64,000 bases of DNA, taken from positions 155,062,001-155,126,000 of the forward strand of contig OX597814.1 in assembly GCA_951406725.2 (NCBI GenBank). Direction: 5' to 3'. Below the pieces are notes generated by a model. It worked only from the letters and a program-made list of their open reading frames with translations, was not told where the DNA came from and ran no database searches. The stretch comes from Octopus vulgaris (taxonomy: Eukaryota). Both the position numbers and the translations under genes were made by a program. Below, one piece after another: positions 11,216 through 23,859 of this stretch (position 1 is the stretch's first letter; every line of letters begins with the position of its first letter).

Positions 11216-12062
11216 AAGAATTGTTTAAAATCTATAAATTTATTCTGTATCGCAGTATAAAATTTACTCAGAACAATGTTAATGAAACTTTAACGTTGAA
11301 AGAGCAGCATTGAACACATTTGATCAGAATCGATCTTCTTGATCAGGTTCGACCAAGGATCAAAAAAGAAGCAGAGGAAAAAAGTAGAAGATAAATGTAA
11401 AAGAATACCATACTTCTTGAGCGGAAGTGTAAAAAGGACTGAATCATCTTGACTTCGGAAAACTTCTGGTTATTATTCTAAGCCTTGTGTTAGTGTCAGT
11501 TAAAAAAAAATCAACTAATTAAATTCATTTTAATACTCGTTTAAAATTTTCTAAACTGCTATTTAATGTAATAATAATTGAAATGATTAGTGTCTAACGA
11601 AAGTTTATTTAAGAAAATCAGTTTAACTTATTTACTGAAACCACTAAATTTATATGTATATATATATATATATATAAACAAATATATGTACATATATATG
11701 CATGCGTGGTAATACATCACTTCATTCCACATACGCCGCTAAAGTGACAAAGAGCACCCTTATTGCTAGAAATAAGAATCAAAAGAACTCAATAGCAACA
11801 GAAGCAATGATTGTCAAGAGAGTCAAGCTCCCTACGGTGGCAGATATAGCCAGTTCATCGATGATTTCGCATTTTGATGCTTAACGCATCTTAATGCTCA
11901 TCGGTGGCTCTCACTGCGCCTAGGGTTACACGCAGCTCGCCTTGTCAGCTTATAAAATTTCCGTTGAAGTCATAAGCTGATTTCACGAACGGCAAAAGTA
12001 AAAATTATAAATGTATGGCTAATTCGCAATTTTATATGTGTATGTATACACACACACACACA

Positions 12063-12330
12063 TGCCTTCGAAACGTGGAGTAGTTGAAACAGGGTCAACT
12101 GAAAAAGGGGAATATTCTTTATGTTGTATGTCTCGCTTCTCTGTTTGCTTTTTTTCGTTGTTCGAAAAAATGTTCGTTTCTATGTTTTTGCTTTTATATT
12201 TTCGTTTCTCACTGTGTTCAACGTTTTTTGATGTCCTGTACCTATATATGCATGTATATATACATATATATATATGTAGGTATGTACATATATGTATGTA
12301 TATATGCATATATTTATATATTATTTATAT
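12063..12330 (+). repeat. Interspersed repeat shared with 49303-49575 (Penelope pLTR-like)
   Basis: gaaacagggtcaactgaaaaaggggaatattctttatgttgtatgtctcg... matches the 49.3-kb copy. Confidence 0.85.
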
Positions 12331-12394
12331 TATGTATATATATATATATATACGTGTGTGTGTGTGTGTATACATGCATATAGAAAAAGCAAAC

Positions 12395-12435
<41 letters not shown>

Positions 12436-12718
12436 CAACAATTGAGGGTAAAATTAATTAATTATTAATTAATTTCACCAAGTGTTCAGTATGCAAAGGG
12501 ACCATTTAAGGCGAATTCAAATTATTACAATATATAAAAGGGCTTAGTAAAATAAATTACTTTGCCGCATACTGAACTCATTAGAAATAGCAGCTAAAAA
12601 ACTTTTTTAAAAACCATTTCTAATACTTAAAGAAAATCTCTCTCATATAGTGTTTGGTCAACTCAACTCACGAAAGTTTGGGGGTAAAGACATCAAAAAA
12701 TCAAATGCAAAGGTTATT

Positions 12719-12770
12719 TGAGAACGTACGTTTCAAGATTAGTCATCACGACACTTCTATCATCAGCTCA
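12719..12770 (-). ncRNA. Type-I hammerhead motif (mirror copy in the palindrome)
   Basis: Reverse complement of 12919-12970. Confidence 0.6.
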
Positions 12771-12918
12771 GAAACTCCTTGGTTTGGATTTGAAAACACT
12801 GAAAGTGAGAGCATACTCTTTCGGCCTCTCATCGCTTTCGAAGATCTTCGAAAGCGATGAGAGGCCGAAAGAGTATGCTCTCACTTTCAGTGTTTTCAAA
12901 TCCAAACCAAGGAGTTTC

Positions 12919-12970
12919 TGAGCTGATGATAGAAGTGTCGTGATGACTAATCTTGAAACGTACGTTCTCA
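12919..12970 (+). ncRNA. Type-I hammerhead motif
   Basis: UGAG-CUGAUGA-U-AGA-AGU(...)ACU-AA-UCU-U-GAA-AC(GUAC)GU-U-CUCA. Stem I UGAG/CUCA, palindromic GUAC loop III, imperfect base of stem II. Confidence 0.6.
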
Positions 12971-13167
12971 AATAACCTTTGCATTTGATTTTTTGATGTC
13001 TTTACCCCAAACTTTCGTGAGTTGAGTTGACCAAACACTATATGAGAGAGATTTTCTTTAAGTATTAGAAATGGTTTTTAAAAAAGTTTTTTAGCTGCTA
13101 TTTCTAATGAGTTCAGTATGCGGCAAAGTAATTTATTTTACTAAGCCCTTTTATATATTGTAATAAT

Positions 13168-13254
<87 letters not shown>

Positions 13255-13622
13255 TATACACGTCTATTTGTTGCCTTTTTAATCCTTTAGGTTTCCCTCT
13301 AGGTGTTGCCCACAAATCGTTCTTTTGGTCATAAGGCTGTATTTTGTTCGTTTCTTGTTTATTTCGTTTTTGTCCTTTGTCCACCGTCTCGAATTGTATT
13401 TATTCACTTTCATATGTCTACTTGGGTATCGCCTGTGCTCCATGTATCGTTTGTCCTCGGTCTAATATTCTCCGCAACTTTCGCGGGCATGGGAAGCATC
13501 TTAGTCTTATCGTTAATGGCACGAAACTGAGTAATACTATCTGTTTGACAAATGATGAAGAATTAAGGACCTTCTGATTTTGTTTTCCGTTCGTTTGTGC
13601 ACTCAGTATACTTTGTCTCTTT

Positions 13623-13945
13623 GCCAGATGTCTTCCACTATAGCTTAGTGCCGACCAAAGCCTTGTGGGTGTGTTGGTAGACGGAAACTGAAAAAAGCCC
13701 GTCGTTCATATATATGTATATATTTTTGAGTGTGCGTGTGTTTGTCCCCCACTGTCGCTTGACAACCGATGTTGTGTTTACGTCCCCGTAACTTAGCTGT
13801 TCGGCAAAAGAATCCGATAGAAAAATGTACTAGGCTTACAAAGAACAAATCATAGGGTCGATTTCTTCGACTAGAAACCTTTTAAGGTGGTGCTTCAGCA
13901 TGGCCGCAATCAAAATGACTGAAAGAAGTAAAAGAATAAAAGAAC
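13623..13945 (+). mobile_element. SINE family A, 5'-truncated, diverged
   Basis: gccgaccaaagccttgtg...ggtggtgcttcagcatggccgca...gtaaaagaataaaaga. Confidence 0.85.
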
Positions 13946-13958
13946 ACACACACAAACA

Positions 13959-14030
<72 letters not shown>

Positions 14031-15162
14031 AAGATTTGCATGCATTCATGTTTGCGTACACTTTTGTATGCTTTTAGGCAAGAGAAGTATACAAAATACA
14101 TGGTAAACTACTTATGCATTAGTAGTTTACGTTCCTTATCCTGTAACGTATTAATGAATAAACGTCTAGATTTTAGTTAACAGTGTGTGTGTGCGCGCGC
14201 GTGTGTGTTTGTGTGCGCGTGCGCTAAACTTCATTGAATTCATTGAGCATTTGTAAAAACTGTCTTAACTGTCTTCTTAAACTCACCCACATCACGGACA
14301 GGAAAAGACGGATCAACTGCAAAGGTTTAAATCATTATTGAGAAGTCACCAATAACTGACATTACGTCTCTCATTGTCCACAATCATACAAGTAGAATTA
14401 GTATTACTAAAAGCATTATTATTTTTTTGTTTCGTAAAAATATCGAACAGATTTAGTGTTCATTTTTGAAGCTACGACCCAACAAAATAAATAAATAAAG
14501 GCAGTTTTTTACAGCCATCCATTGTATCTAACTATGTTTAATTTGCACACTGTATGGTTGAAATTTATGGGTTTATTCTGTAGCGTATTATAATTCCAAA
14601 ATAAACGAATAAGTATGTGCAATTGTCTATGTAAGGTAAAAGCAATATAATATCAGATAAATATAAAAAGTAAACTGTAATGTTTGTTATAAATTAAGGA
14701 TGAAATATAAATGTAGACCAATTTAAAAATGTGGAAGCTATGTAATTTAGAATTACATAAGCTTGTAAATTACAGACTAGCATGTCAGACAGGGAATCCA
14801 AAATGTCAGGGGATGTTACAAAGGAAAGGTTAATGTGGAAATTTCCCCCTGAATAAATAGAAAAACATAGTGTGTTGATGAAATCCTAAAATGTTAGAAG
14901 AGTAAAATTCTGAATGGAAACTAATGCACCTTGAATTCGAGAGTGGTTTATTAATGAACACGTCATTCCAAATTAAAGATGCTTTGAGTTAAGTCATATT
15001 GCTTCTTAAATAAGCAAATTTGAATGAAGGAAGCAACTAAAGGCATTGCTTTTGTCAGATGTTTATATTAATTTTGGCTAAATACACAGAAAACTGTGCC
15101 ATTTAGAATGACAAATACGGTTGGTGTTAAATGGGAAGAGAAAAGACACTCTTGGTGATGTA

Positions 15163-16451
15163 CGAGGGGCGTTCAATAAGTAATGCCCCTGACCCACTTC
15201 CCATAGCAGTAGAGCAACGAGACTTGGCACAGTTATTAGTCTTTTTCTACATAGGAACAACCCAGAGTTACGCATTTCTCCCATCGTTTGATGCGGCTCT
15301 GGAGACCGTTTTTGTAGAAGACCCCAGCTTGGTCCTCCAACCTGAACGTGACTTCAGAAATCAAGGCTGCATCATCTGGGAAACGCTTTCCTTTCAAAAA
15401 CAACTTCATGACTGGGAAGAGGTGAAAATCAGAGGGTGCAAGGTCAGGAAAGTAGGGGGATGGGGAGGAGTTCATAGCCATACGCCTGTGCTTCTGATCT
15501 GGCGACAAGCGAGTTGTGGACCGGAGCGTTGTCCTGCAGGAGGAGGATGTCTTTGCTGATCTTGCCCCGCCTCTTGATTTTGATAACTTCTCTTAATTTC
15601 CTCAAAAGTGAATCATAATAGGCTCCTGCAATTGTGGTACCCTTTGCCAGGAAATCTGTCATCACTACTCCGTCCTGGTCCCAGAAGACTGTGAGCATGA
15701 CCTTGCCAGCGGAGGGCTGCACCCTTGCCTTCTTTGGAGGGGGTGAGTCACGGTGTTTCCACTGCATTGACTGGGCTTTGGTCTCTGGATCATCGTGATG
15801 GACCCAGGTTTCATCCTGTGTAATCAGTCTTTTGAAAAATTTTGACTCATCTTCTTGGCACATCTCCAAATACACCCTCGAGCACTCGACGCGTTCTTGC
15901 TTGTGGAAAGGCGTGAGCAACCTGGGAATCCATCTGGCAGACACCTTTTGCATATGCAAATGGTCATGAATGATAGTTTCCACAGACCCGGTTCTAATCT
16001 TGACCTCATGGGCTATTTGGCGAATAATTATGCGTCGATCTTCCAAAATGGGAGCCTCAACTTGACGGACAGATGCCTCATCAATGGCAGAAGGGGCGAC
16101 CAGATCTGGGAGCTGTTTTCACAGAGTTCCGACCCTGTTTGAATTTACGATGCCAGCGTTTTACAAGGTCATATGATGGGGCATCATCACCATAAGTTAC
16201 TTTCATTTCATCAAAAGTCTCCCGTGGTGTGCGTCCTTTCAAATACAAAAAACCGGATCACTGCTCGACACTCAACAGGCTCCATTTCACACTTGACTCG
16301 GTTCAAACACCTGTAAATCAGAAACCACAATTAATTCAGAGCTGTAATTTGCCACTTAGTCTATAGAGATATAAATGATTGCACATGCAAAATTTCAGCT
16401 ATATCCAACAATGCAAGTGGGTCAGAGGCATTACTTATTGAACGTCCCTCG
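15163..16451 (-). mobile_element. Full-length mariner DNA transposon (~1.29 kb, irritans/Himar-like)
   Basis: TA duplication at 15161-62 and 16452-53. TIRs cgaggggcgttcaataagtaatgcccctgacccact / agtgggtcagaggcattacttattgaacgtccctcg. Confidence 0.95.
15236..16285 (-). pseudogene. Mariner DD34D transposase, frameshifted
   Basis: Start MEPVECRAVIR. Motifs WIPRLLT, ITQDETW, LQDNAPVH, YFPDLAPSDFHLF split over several frames. Confidence 0.93.
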
Positions 16452-16779
16452 TAGCTCTAGAATACAATATGTCGAATACAAAAAAAAAACAAACAAAAAA
16501 AAACGTGATGGTCATGTCTAGAACGTCCTCGATCATAAGACTGTTCAGTCAGGGTGAACCTGAGGCCAACAACATTCAACAACGATATGAATGGTTAACG
16601 AAAGCCATAAGCAAGCCATTATATTAGGTGACATAGAAATACGAAATATATCAATAAGCATAGCAATAGTTGGAGCAAAGTAAGCAAGATGTATTAACTA
16701 CCTGAAATGCTGTGGTGTGAAATAAACACGATGAGATTAAAAGGGATATATTAGAAAACGAAGAGGAAAAAGGAAAACT

Positions 16780-17140
16780 GGGCTGGGGTTTCGAATATAT
16801 TGGCAAGGTAATCTCTGTTAGAAGGAAAGCAATTAGGCATTATTCGTGGATTATTTCTTCAGAATCTCATACGGTGAGAAATATTAAACCTGAACTTGTA
16901 ATCTGGATAGACTAGCTGTAAATTCCTCAATAGTTCAGCATAGTTATTTTCTTTTTCACTGTTCTTTAGCATTGTTAACATCTGCTGGGCGGTTGATTTC
17001 CTCAACATTTTCTCTTCTCAATCACAAATTACTATGTCAGGTAAATTGTTTATATTTTATTAAGGTTTTCACTGAGCCATTCCACCAGTACTCCTATTTT
17101 ATTAAGAGAGACTATAGCTTCTACGATATTTTAGGTTCTT
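16780..17140 (-). mobile_element. Degenerate 3' fragment of an RLE-type LINE, same family as 36208-37215
   Basis: Minus-strand EYWWN..LPDIVIC..PADVN..EKENNYAELLRNLQLVYPDYKF aligns with EYLWN..PEDIN..EKEDIYGQLFRNLHLLYSDY. Confidence 0.7.
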
Positions 17141-17236
17141 ATTGTATGTATGTATGTATGTATGTATGTATGTATGTATGTATGTATGTATGTATGTATG
17201 TATGTATGTATGTATGTATATATATATATATGTATA

Positions 17237-17301
<65 letters not shown>

Positions 17302-17739
17302 TTGTTTTCCACCTGCCTTCGTGAGTGTGTTTTATGGAATAACTCAAAAGCTTGCACAGGTAAGACGAAAAAAAAAGAAATCCTATACTTGGGTTTCAGT
17401 TCCCAATTTTAGGTTGGCTGCAAGTAGAGATTCGGAGTAAAGGCTCTTTCATATTTCAGCTAATATAAATATATAACTAGTTTTCAAGCATCTGTTGGCT
17501 AACTACTACATAGATGGTGAAAACAAACTAATTGCTTCTAACATAGGCGCAAGAACTGAAATTCAATGATATATCATAACCTATTAAGTTTACCTCACTG
17601 CTATATTTGATCAGCCCTGGAAGGATGAACGAGAAAGCTGACCCCGGTGAGATTTGAATCCCGAACTTAGAGAGAGAAAAAATAAAACCGCAAAGCGCTT
17701 TGCATGACGTTTTAACGGACTTTACTGCCTTAAATATAG

Positions 17740-17930
17740 TCTCAAAATTTGGCGCAAGGCCAGAAACCTTGAGGAAGTAAAACGAACACATCGACTCCAG
17801 TGTTAAACTGACACGTCGAACATGGATGAAGGGCAAATTCGACCTCAATGAATCCAGAACGTGAAGAGCCGGAAGAAATGTCACAGAGCATTTTTTCCGT
17901 GCCTTTAATATTTCTACCAACTCCCTCCTT
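17740..17930 (-). mobile_element. SINE family B, diverged (another fragment at ~17580-17730)
   Basis: ggatgaagggcaaattcgacctc homologous to the family B central domain. Confidence 0.65.
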
Positions 17931-17954
17931 AATCTATTGCCCTAATAATAATTG

Positions 17955-18364
17955 TAGTCTTTTAGTCTTTACTTGTTTCAGTCATTTGACTGTGGCCATG
18001 CTGGAGCACCGCCTTTATTCGAGCAAATCGACCCCAGGACTTATTCTTTGTAAGCCTAGTACTTATTGTATCGGTCTGTTTTGCCGAACCGCTAAGTAAC
18101 TGGGACGTAAACACACCAGCATTGGTTGTCAAGCGATGTTGGGGGACAAACACAGACACACAAACATTTACACACTCATACATATATATATACATATATA
18201 CGACAGGCTTCTTTCAGTTTCCGTCTACCAAATCCACTCACAAGGCTTTGATCGGCCCGAGGCTATAGTAGAAGACACTTGCCTAAGGTGCAACGTAGTG
18301 GGACTGAAACTGGAACCATGTGGTTGGTAAGCAAGCTACTTACCGCACAGCCACTCCTACGCCT
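17955..18364 (-). mobile_element. SINE family A, full length
   Basis: Complete head (aggcgtaggagtggctgtg on the minus strand) and tail. Confidence 0.92.
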
Positions 18365-18460
18365 ATAGTAATAACAACTTGGAGGTTTTAGGAAAGTGTA
18401 GTCGATTTAATCGAGTTCAGTAATGGAATGGCAGTTATTTCACATTTTGTATCTAAAAGA

Positions 18461-18772
18461 TGGCTCTCCGTCGGTTACGACGACGTGGGTTCCAGTTGAT
18501 CCGATCAACAAAACAGCCTGTTCGTGAAATTAACGTGCAAGTGGCTGAGTACTCCGCAGGCAATGTAGTTCTTAATGTAGTTCTCGGGGAGATTCAGCGT
18601 GGCACAGAATGTGACAAAGCTAGCCCTTTGAATTACAGGTGCTACTCCTTTTTACCAGCTGCGTGTACAGGAGCAATGTGAAATAAAGTGTCTTGCTCAA
18701 GGACTCAGCAAACTGCCAATTTTCGAACTTACAACCTTACGATCGTGAACCGAATACCTTAACCGCTTAGCT
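18461..18772 (-). mobile_element. SINE family D
   Basis: Homologous to 45281-45607 (gttccagttgatccgatcaac...gtgaaataaagtgtcttgctcaagg). Confidence 0.85.
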
Positions 18773-19511
18773 GTGTAGGTAACATGTAGAATAGGAATGT
18801 GAAACATGTGAAACGGTCATATGTGGCGGTTTATAGATCATTGTATAACTTGGGTTTGTCATAATCATATATTCATAAATTTTTGTAATAATGGGAATCA
18901 GGTAGTGCCTGGCAGAATCGTTGGACCTTTTGGGAAAATGTCTTGCAATATTTGCTGTGGCCTCCTATATTCTGAGGTCAAATCTCGCCAAGGTTAATTT
19001 TGTCTTTCATGCTTCCAAACTGAGAAAAAAAGTATTAGTCATGTGCTGGGGGTGGTGTAAACAAGTAACCCGACCCCATAAAAAGTTCTGGCCTGCTGCC
19101 TGTATTAGAAACAGTAAATATTGTAGTTAAGCTGGATTCTGCCTACAACTGGCATTCATGTAACCTCCGTTAATGTCAGGGGCCCGGTGACTAAACCAGC
19201 CAACTTCATCCAGTAAACTTCATCCAGAAGGGTGGAGAGGACCCAGCAGTATTGAAACTATAACCTGCCAAAGGGCGGAAGAAACTTGTAAAGAAAAACT
19301 AACTTTACATGGAGAGAAGACAGGCGCCACCAGATTATTTGCCTATGGAAACGCAGCATGATGATACAGCAAAACTGAAAACACCATATTAGATCGGCTG
19401 GGGTTCGTTGTTTGATGGCCGGTTAAGATACAAGGGGAAGGTTGTGTCTCTTGCTGTGCATCTAATGTCTCCCTAGGCTATGAATTTTGATTGATCGAAT
19501 AATAATAAGAG

Positions 19512-19577
<66 letters not shown>

Positions 19578-20155
19578 CTTTTGTGACGATATTTGTTTAA
19601 TAGAACGTTACATAATTCGGACTTCTTTTGTATCCATTCTGATATCAACACATCGTAACATATATATTCGACAAAATATGAGTGAAAGATAAACTCACAC
19701 ACATGTACAGAAGAAAAAAATTGCGTCATATGCACAATTGGTAACGCATATGAACATAAAATATGTGACAAATAAAACAAACAAACAAAAAAACTAGAAA
19801 CAGACATATAAAAATATTTACAAATAAATATGACTATATGAAATTGAAATAAATAAATAATAATAACAACAACAAAAGCACCAGAGTCAAAAGTTGAGAT
19901 TAAAAGTGAAATAACATTCACAGAGTCGGGAAATAATTCAAACCTTCAAAAGTTTCTCAAAGAATTTGATGTAAAACTTAGCAGGCTAAATTTTCTCTTT
20001 ACCTTACATAACGACGATATCACGTTTCCTTAGAGAAACTAGAAACCGGATATTGCGACGTCTCGTACGTATATTTCTCCACAGGACAAGTAAAGTTGCA
20101 GATTTCTTAAGGCAAGCAATTGAAGAAACAAAACTCTCTCCGGATTACACACACA

Positions 20156-20227
<72 letters not shown>

Positions 20228-20627
20228 CTCGCTGATGCATACACACAGCCACACACTTAATCACGGATTGATACATGCTTTTATGCTTGCGCTTATGCAT
20301 GAATGTATGTATAATGTTCACACATATATGAGCAGAGCACTTGTACGGATTTCCGTCGGTTTCGACGGTGAGTTATTTATTTGTTTCGTCAACTGAAATA
20401 TCTGTCTATAAATTAGCGTGTAAACACCAGAAAAATTCCATAGACTCGTGAACTCTTAACGAAATTCTCAAGAAGAATCTTGTTGGCGCACTAGGGCAGC
20501 GATAGACCTTTAAATTTCAGGTATGATTCATCGTAGGGGCTTCCATACTGTTTCCGTCTAACAAGTTTCATTAGCACATCTTGGGAGAACTGGAGGCTAT
20601 AGTAAAAGAGACTTACTTTAAGACTAT

Positions 20628-20846
20628 AAGGCGGCGAGCTGGCAGAAACGTTAGCCGCCGGGTGAAATGCCTAGCGGCATTTCATCTGCCGTTACGTCCT
20701 GAGTTCAAATTCCGCGCAGGATGAATTTGCCTTTCGGGGTCGATTAAATAAGTGCTAGTTACGCACTGGGATCGATGTAATTGACTTACTGCTTTTGTTT
20801 GTCCCCTCTATGTTTAGCTCCTTAAGGGCAATAAAGTAATAAATAT
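20628..20846 (+). mobile_element. SINE family B with target-site duplication
   Basis: Head aaggcggcgagctggcagaaacg, B box GAGTTCAAATTC. Flanks ttaagactataa / ttaagactgtaa. Confidence 0.88.
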
Positions 20847-20918
20847 TTTAAGACTGTAAAGAGAGGGTTTGAGGAAAATTTGACTGCACGTTTTAGCATG
20901 TCGAATGTTCATCTAGAG

Positions 20919-21255
20919 CAGTGGCTCTCAACCGGGATCAATATGGCGCCTGAGGGTCTATATAAGATTTTAATGGTGGGGAATGGGCGCATGCAGCAAC
21001 ATAGTAAATTGAGGATCCATAATAATACTTTCAGAGCACCTGAAAAGATTTTGCTTTAGATTGTATTGTTTTAAAAAGCTACGTTTCTTTCTCTAATATT
21101 TTACATAGTTCAACCTACACAAGTTCATACGTGAAAAAAATCTGAAAAACATTTCTATAAATCTAGTTTTTAAGCATTGAATGGATACGGGGGTCCACCA
21201 AAATAAAATAGTGATCAAAGAGGTCCGTAGATGAAAAATGGTTGAGAAACCCCTG
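20919..21255. mobile_element. hAT (Charlie-like) MITE
   Basis: TIRs cagtggctctcaacc / ggttgagaaacccctg. 8-bp flanks atctagag / agctagac (NTCTAGAN-type target). Confidence 0.8.
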
Positions 21256-21345
21256 AGCTAGACGGTCACCCTAACAAATAATTTAATTTTCCTTAGCTCA
21301 CTTATTTTGTTATTATACAAATTTCTATTAAATGTAACTGCTTCT

Positions 21346-21605
21346 GATTTAGGCACAAGGCAGGTAATTTTGAAGGGAAGGGTTAGTCCATACCATCGAC
21401 ACGAGTACTAGCATAGTTCTTTATTTTACCAATTCCGAATGGATGGAAAGCAAAGTTAACCTCGAGATTGGTACTTTAATTTACCAACACCGGATGAATG
21501 AAAAGTGAAGTTATCCTCGGCGAGATTTGAACCCAGAACCTAAGAACCGGAACAAATATCACAGTGCATTTTTTCGAACGCTGTAAAGATTCTACCAGCT
21601 CAATG
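21346..21605 (-). mobile_element. SINE family B, diverged, internally duplicated
   Basis: Two tandem ggatg(g)aaa..aaagttaacctcg modules. Confidence 0.7.
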
Positions 21606-21693
21606 CCTGTCCGGTGTATAAATAGTATTGAAACAAAACACTGACAAACTGTCAAAGCCTCAGCAATATACATTGGGTCATCCCATAAATAAT

Positions 21694-21900
21694 CCTTTCT
21701 ACTATAGGCACAAAGCCTGAAATCCAGGGGAGGGGAGGGAGGGGATTGTCGAATACATCAACCCCAGTACACAACTGGTACTTATTTTATCGACCACGAA
21801 AGGATGAAAGGTAAAGTCGACTTTAGAGCGTAACAACGGGCGAAATACTGCTAAACATTTCGTCCAGCGCGCTGACGATTCTACCAGCTCGCTGTCTTGT
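21694..21900 (-). mobile_element. SINE family B inserted in the mariner left TIR
   Basis: 13-bp duplication tcccataaataat / ttccataaacaat. Central tcgaccacgaaaggatgaaaggtaaagtcgac. Confidence 0.85.
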
Positions 21901-22081
21901 ATTCCATAAACAATGCGGGTTTTTTCAATTGCATGAATTAAAAGTCGGAGCGGGGCGGGATAAACAACCTGCATCAACTAACTTACTATAAAACCAGGTA
22001 GTAATTTTACCTTGTGCTTATTCTTAGTGCAAGTTTTGAAGAGTGCAATTCGATTTTAGCAGTTATTTTTTCAAACCTATA

Positions 22082-22989
22082 ATGGAAGGGACAAAGGAGA
22101 ATATTCGGCATATTTTGCTTTATGAGTTCAATAAAGGCAACAACTCAACGGAAAGTGTGAGGAATATTAATGCAGCATATGGTGATCGGACAATAAGCGC
22201 AAACCAGTGTCAACGATGGTTCCAGAAACTGCGAGCCGGAAACTACAGCCTAGAAGACGAACTTCATCCTGGAAGATCTGTTGAACTCGACGAGAACTTC
22301 ATGCAAACCCTGGTGGAAAAAATCCTATCGTAACAGTTGAGGAACTAGCAGAGATCGGAAAAGTCAGCAAATTAGGTCAATGGGTTCTTCACAAACTTTC
22401 CGAGTCTAATTGTGCGCAGAGAGTGAATGTGTGTTCTTTGCTGTCACGTCTCACGAATGAACTTTAAAATGTCAAACGCTGAAGACAGTGGGTACGGCAC
22501 CTCAGGCTAAAGAATGTCTTCACCCACGTAAGGTATTGTTTAGTGGGATATGAAAGGTTTAGTTCACTTTGAAGTTTTAACCCCAAACCAAACGATAACA
22601 AAGGAGATCTACTGCAAGCAGCTTGAGCGGCTTAAATCAGCGCTAGAAGAAAAACGACCATCTTTGGTTTCAAGACGAAAGGAGTTCTTCCATCAGGATA
22701 ATGTTGCGCCATATGCAGCGAGAATGACATTCCAAAGGCTGAAGCAGTTTGAATGGGAAACAGTGCCTCATACCATATTCGCCGGACATTGCTCTATCTG
22801 ATTATCATTTATTCCGCAGTCTTCAAAATCATTTCGACGGAAAAAAATGAATTCTGTAGACGCGGTCAGAACAGTACTGGAGGAATATTTTTCGTTAGGA
22901 ACAAGTGAATTTTGAAACAGGGCCTTGCAAGACCACCATATAGATGGAAGAGCATTGTAGAAAATGAAGGAGAGTATATTTTAGATTAA
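22082..22989 (+). pseudogene. Mariner transposase pseudogene with internal deletions
   Basis: MEGTKENIRHILLYEF..QRWFQKLRAGNYSLEDE..GR; WVLHKL; HQDNVAPY; YSPDIALSDYHLF; ends EGEYILD*. Confidence 0.9.
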
Positions 22990-23859
22990 AAAAGAAATTT
23001 GTTTATCTGAATCTTGAAAAATAAAGCAATATAAAAGACCGCATTATTTACAGGATAACCCAGTAAAATAAACTACCTATCAAGTATGTATTATAATATG
23101 AAAATAGGCCTGTTTAGGTCACTAGAAACTTTCTATCGGCGGTTTTACAAAATATCACAGTAGACGATTAAAGAGGTTACAAAGTCGCAGATGAAATCCT
23201 AACACAAGTTTGAAACTAACCCGCTAGTCCTCTTTCTCTGTTCGTTGGTGTATTGAAGACAAGGTGTTCAGATCTGTATGTTGTTTAAAGTGTTAATTAA
23301 AATCCGTAGATTTATTCTGTACTACAGTATTGCATTGAAACAGAGCGGTGTAAAAGCAACATTATATTATTAATAGAAGATTATTTTAAATTTCCTTCCA
23401 AAGAGTGATTCTGAAAGAAATTTGGCTGCTGCTTCTAGCATGTTCACTCTTATGTTGTTGCCATTCTGATTGAACAGGTCTATAATCAGGCATGACTATC
23501 CCGTTTTACTTTCAGGCTTGATTCCCCATTGTGTTCTCTTTAAGACAGTATATTATAATTATAGTTACTGTGTCTATTTCTAGCCAGTCAAGCAACCACG
23601 CAGAAGCTTCCTCGTTGGCTCATGAAGGACGTTAACTCACAAGGTTCCACAACAGAAGTATTATTTTGCAAAAACATTAAGTTCTATTGTTTTTGACTCC
23701 CTCCTTATTGTTTTAGTCCCTCGTCTCGATTGCAGTTCCATGTATACACGTCCGTATAAATAATCTTAAAGAGAAACAACATAAACGAAAAGATAGATTT
23801 CATACTGTTTTGCCTAAAATCCATCTTAATGATCTTTGACAAGGTCATTTATGATAATC

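Larger units (their letters stand above)
12515..13173. repeat. 659-bp spacer-less near-perfect palindrome centred at 12844/12845
   Basis: Centre TTCGAAGA|TCTTCGAA. Identical ORFs on opposite strands (12718..12921 + and 12768..12971 -). Only visible difference is G5 versus C4. Confidence 0.97.
21673..23063 (+). mobile_element. Decayed mariner element (mellifera-like TIR); left TIR interrupted by a SINE B
   Basis: TIRs ttgggtcatcccataaataat[SINE]..gcgg / ccgcattatttacaggataacccag-ta. Confidence 0.88.
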
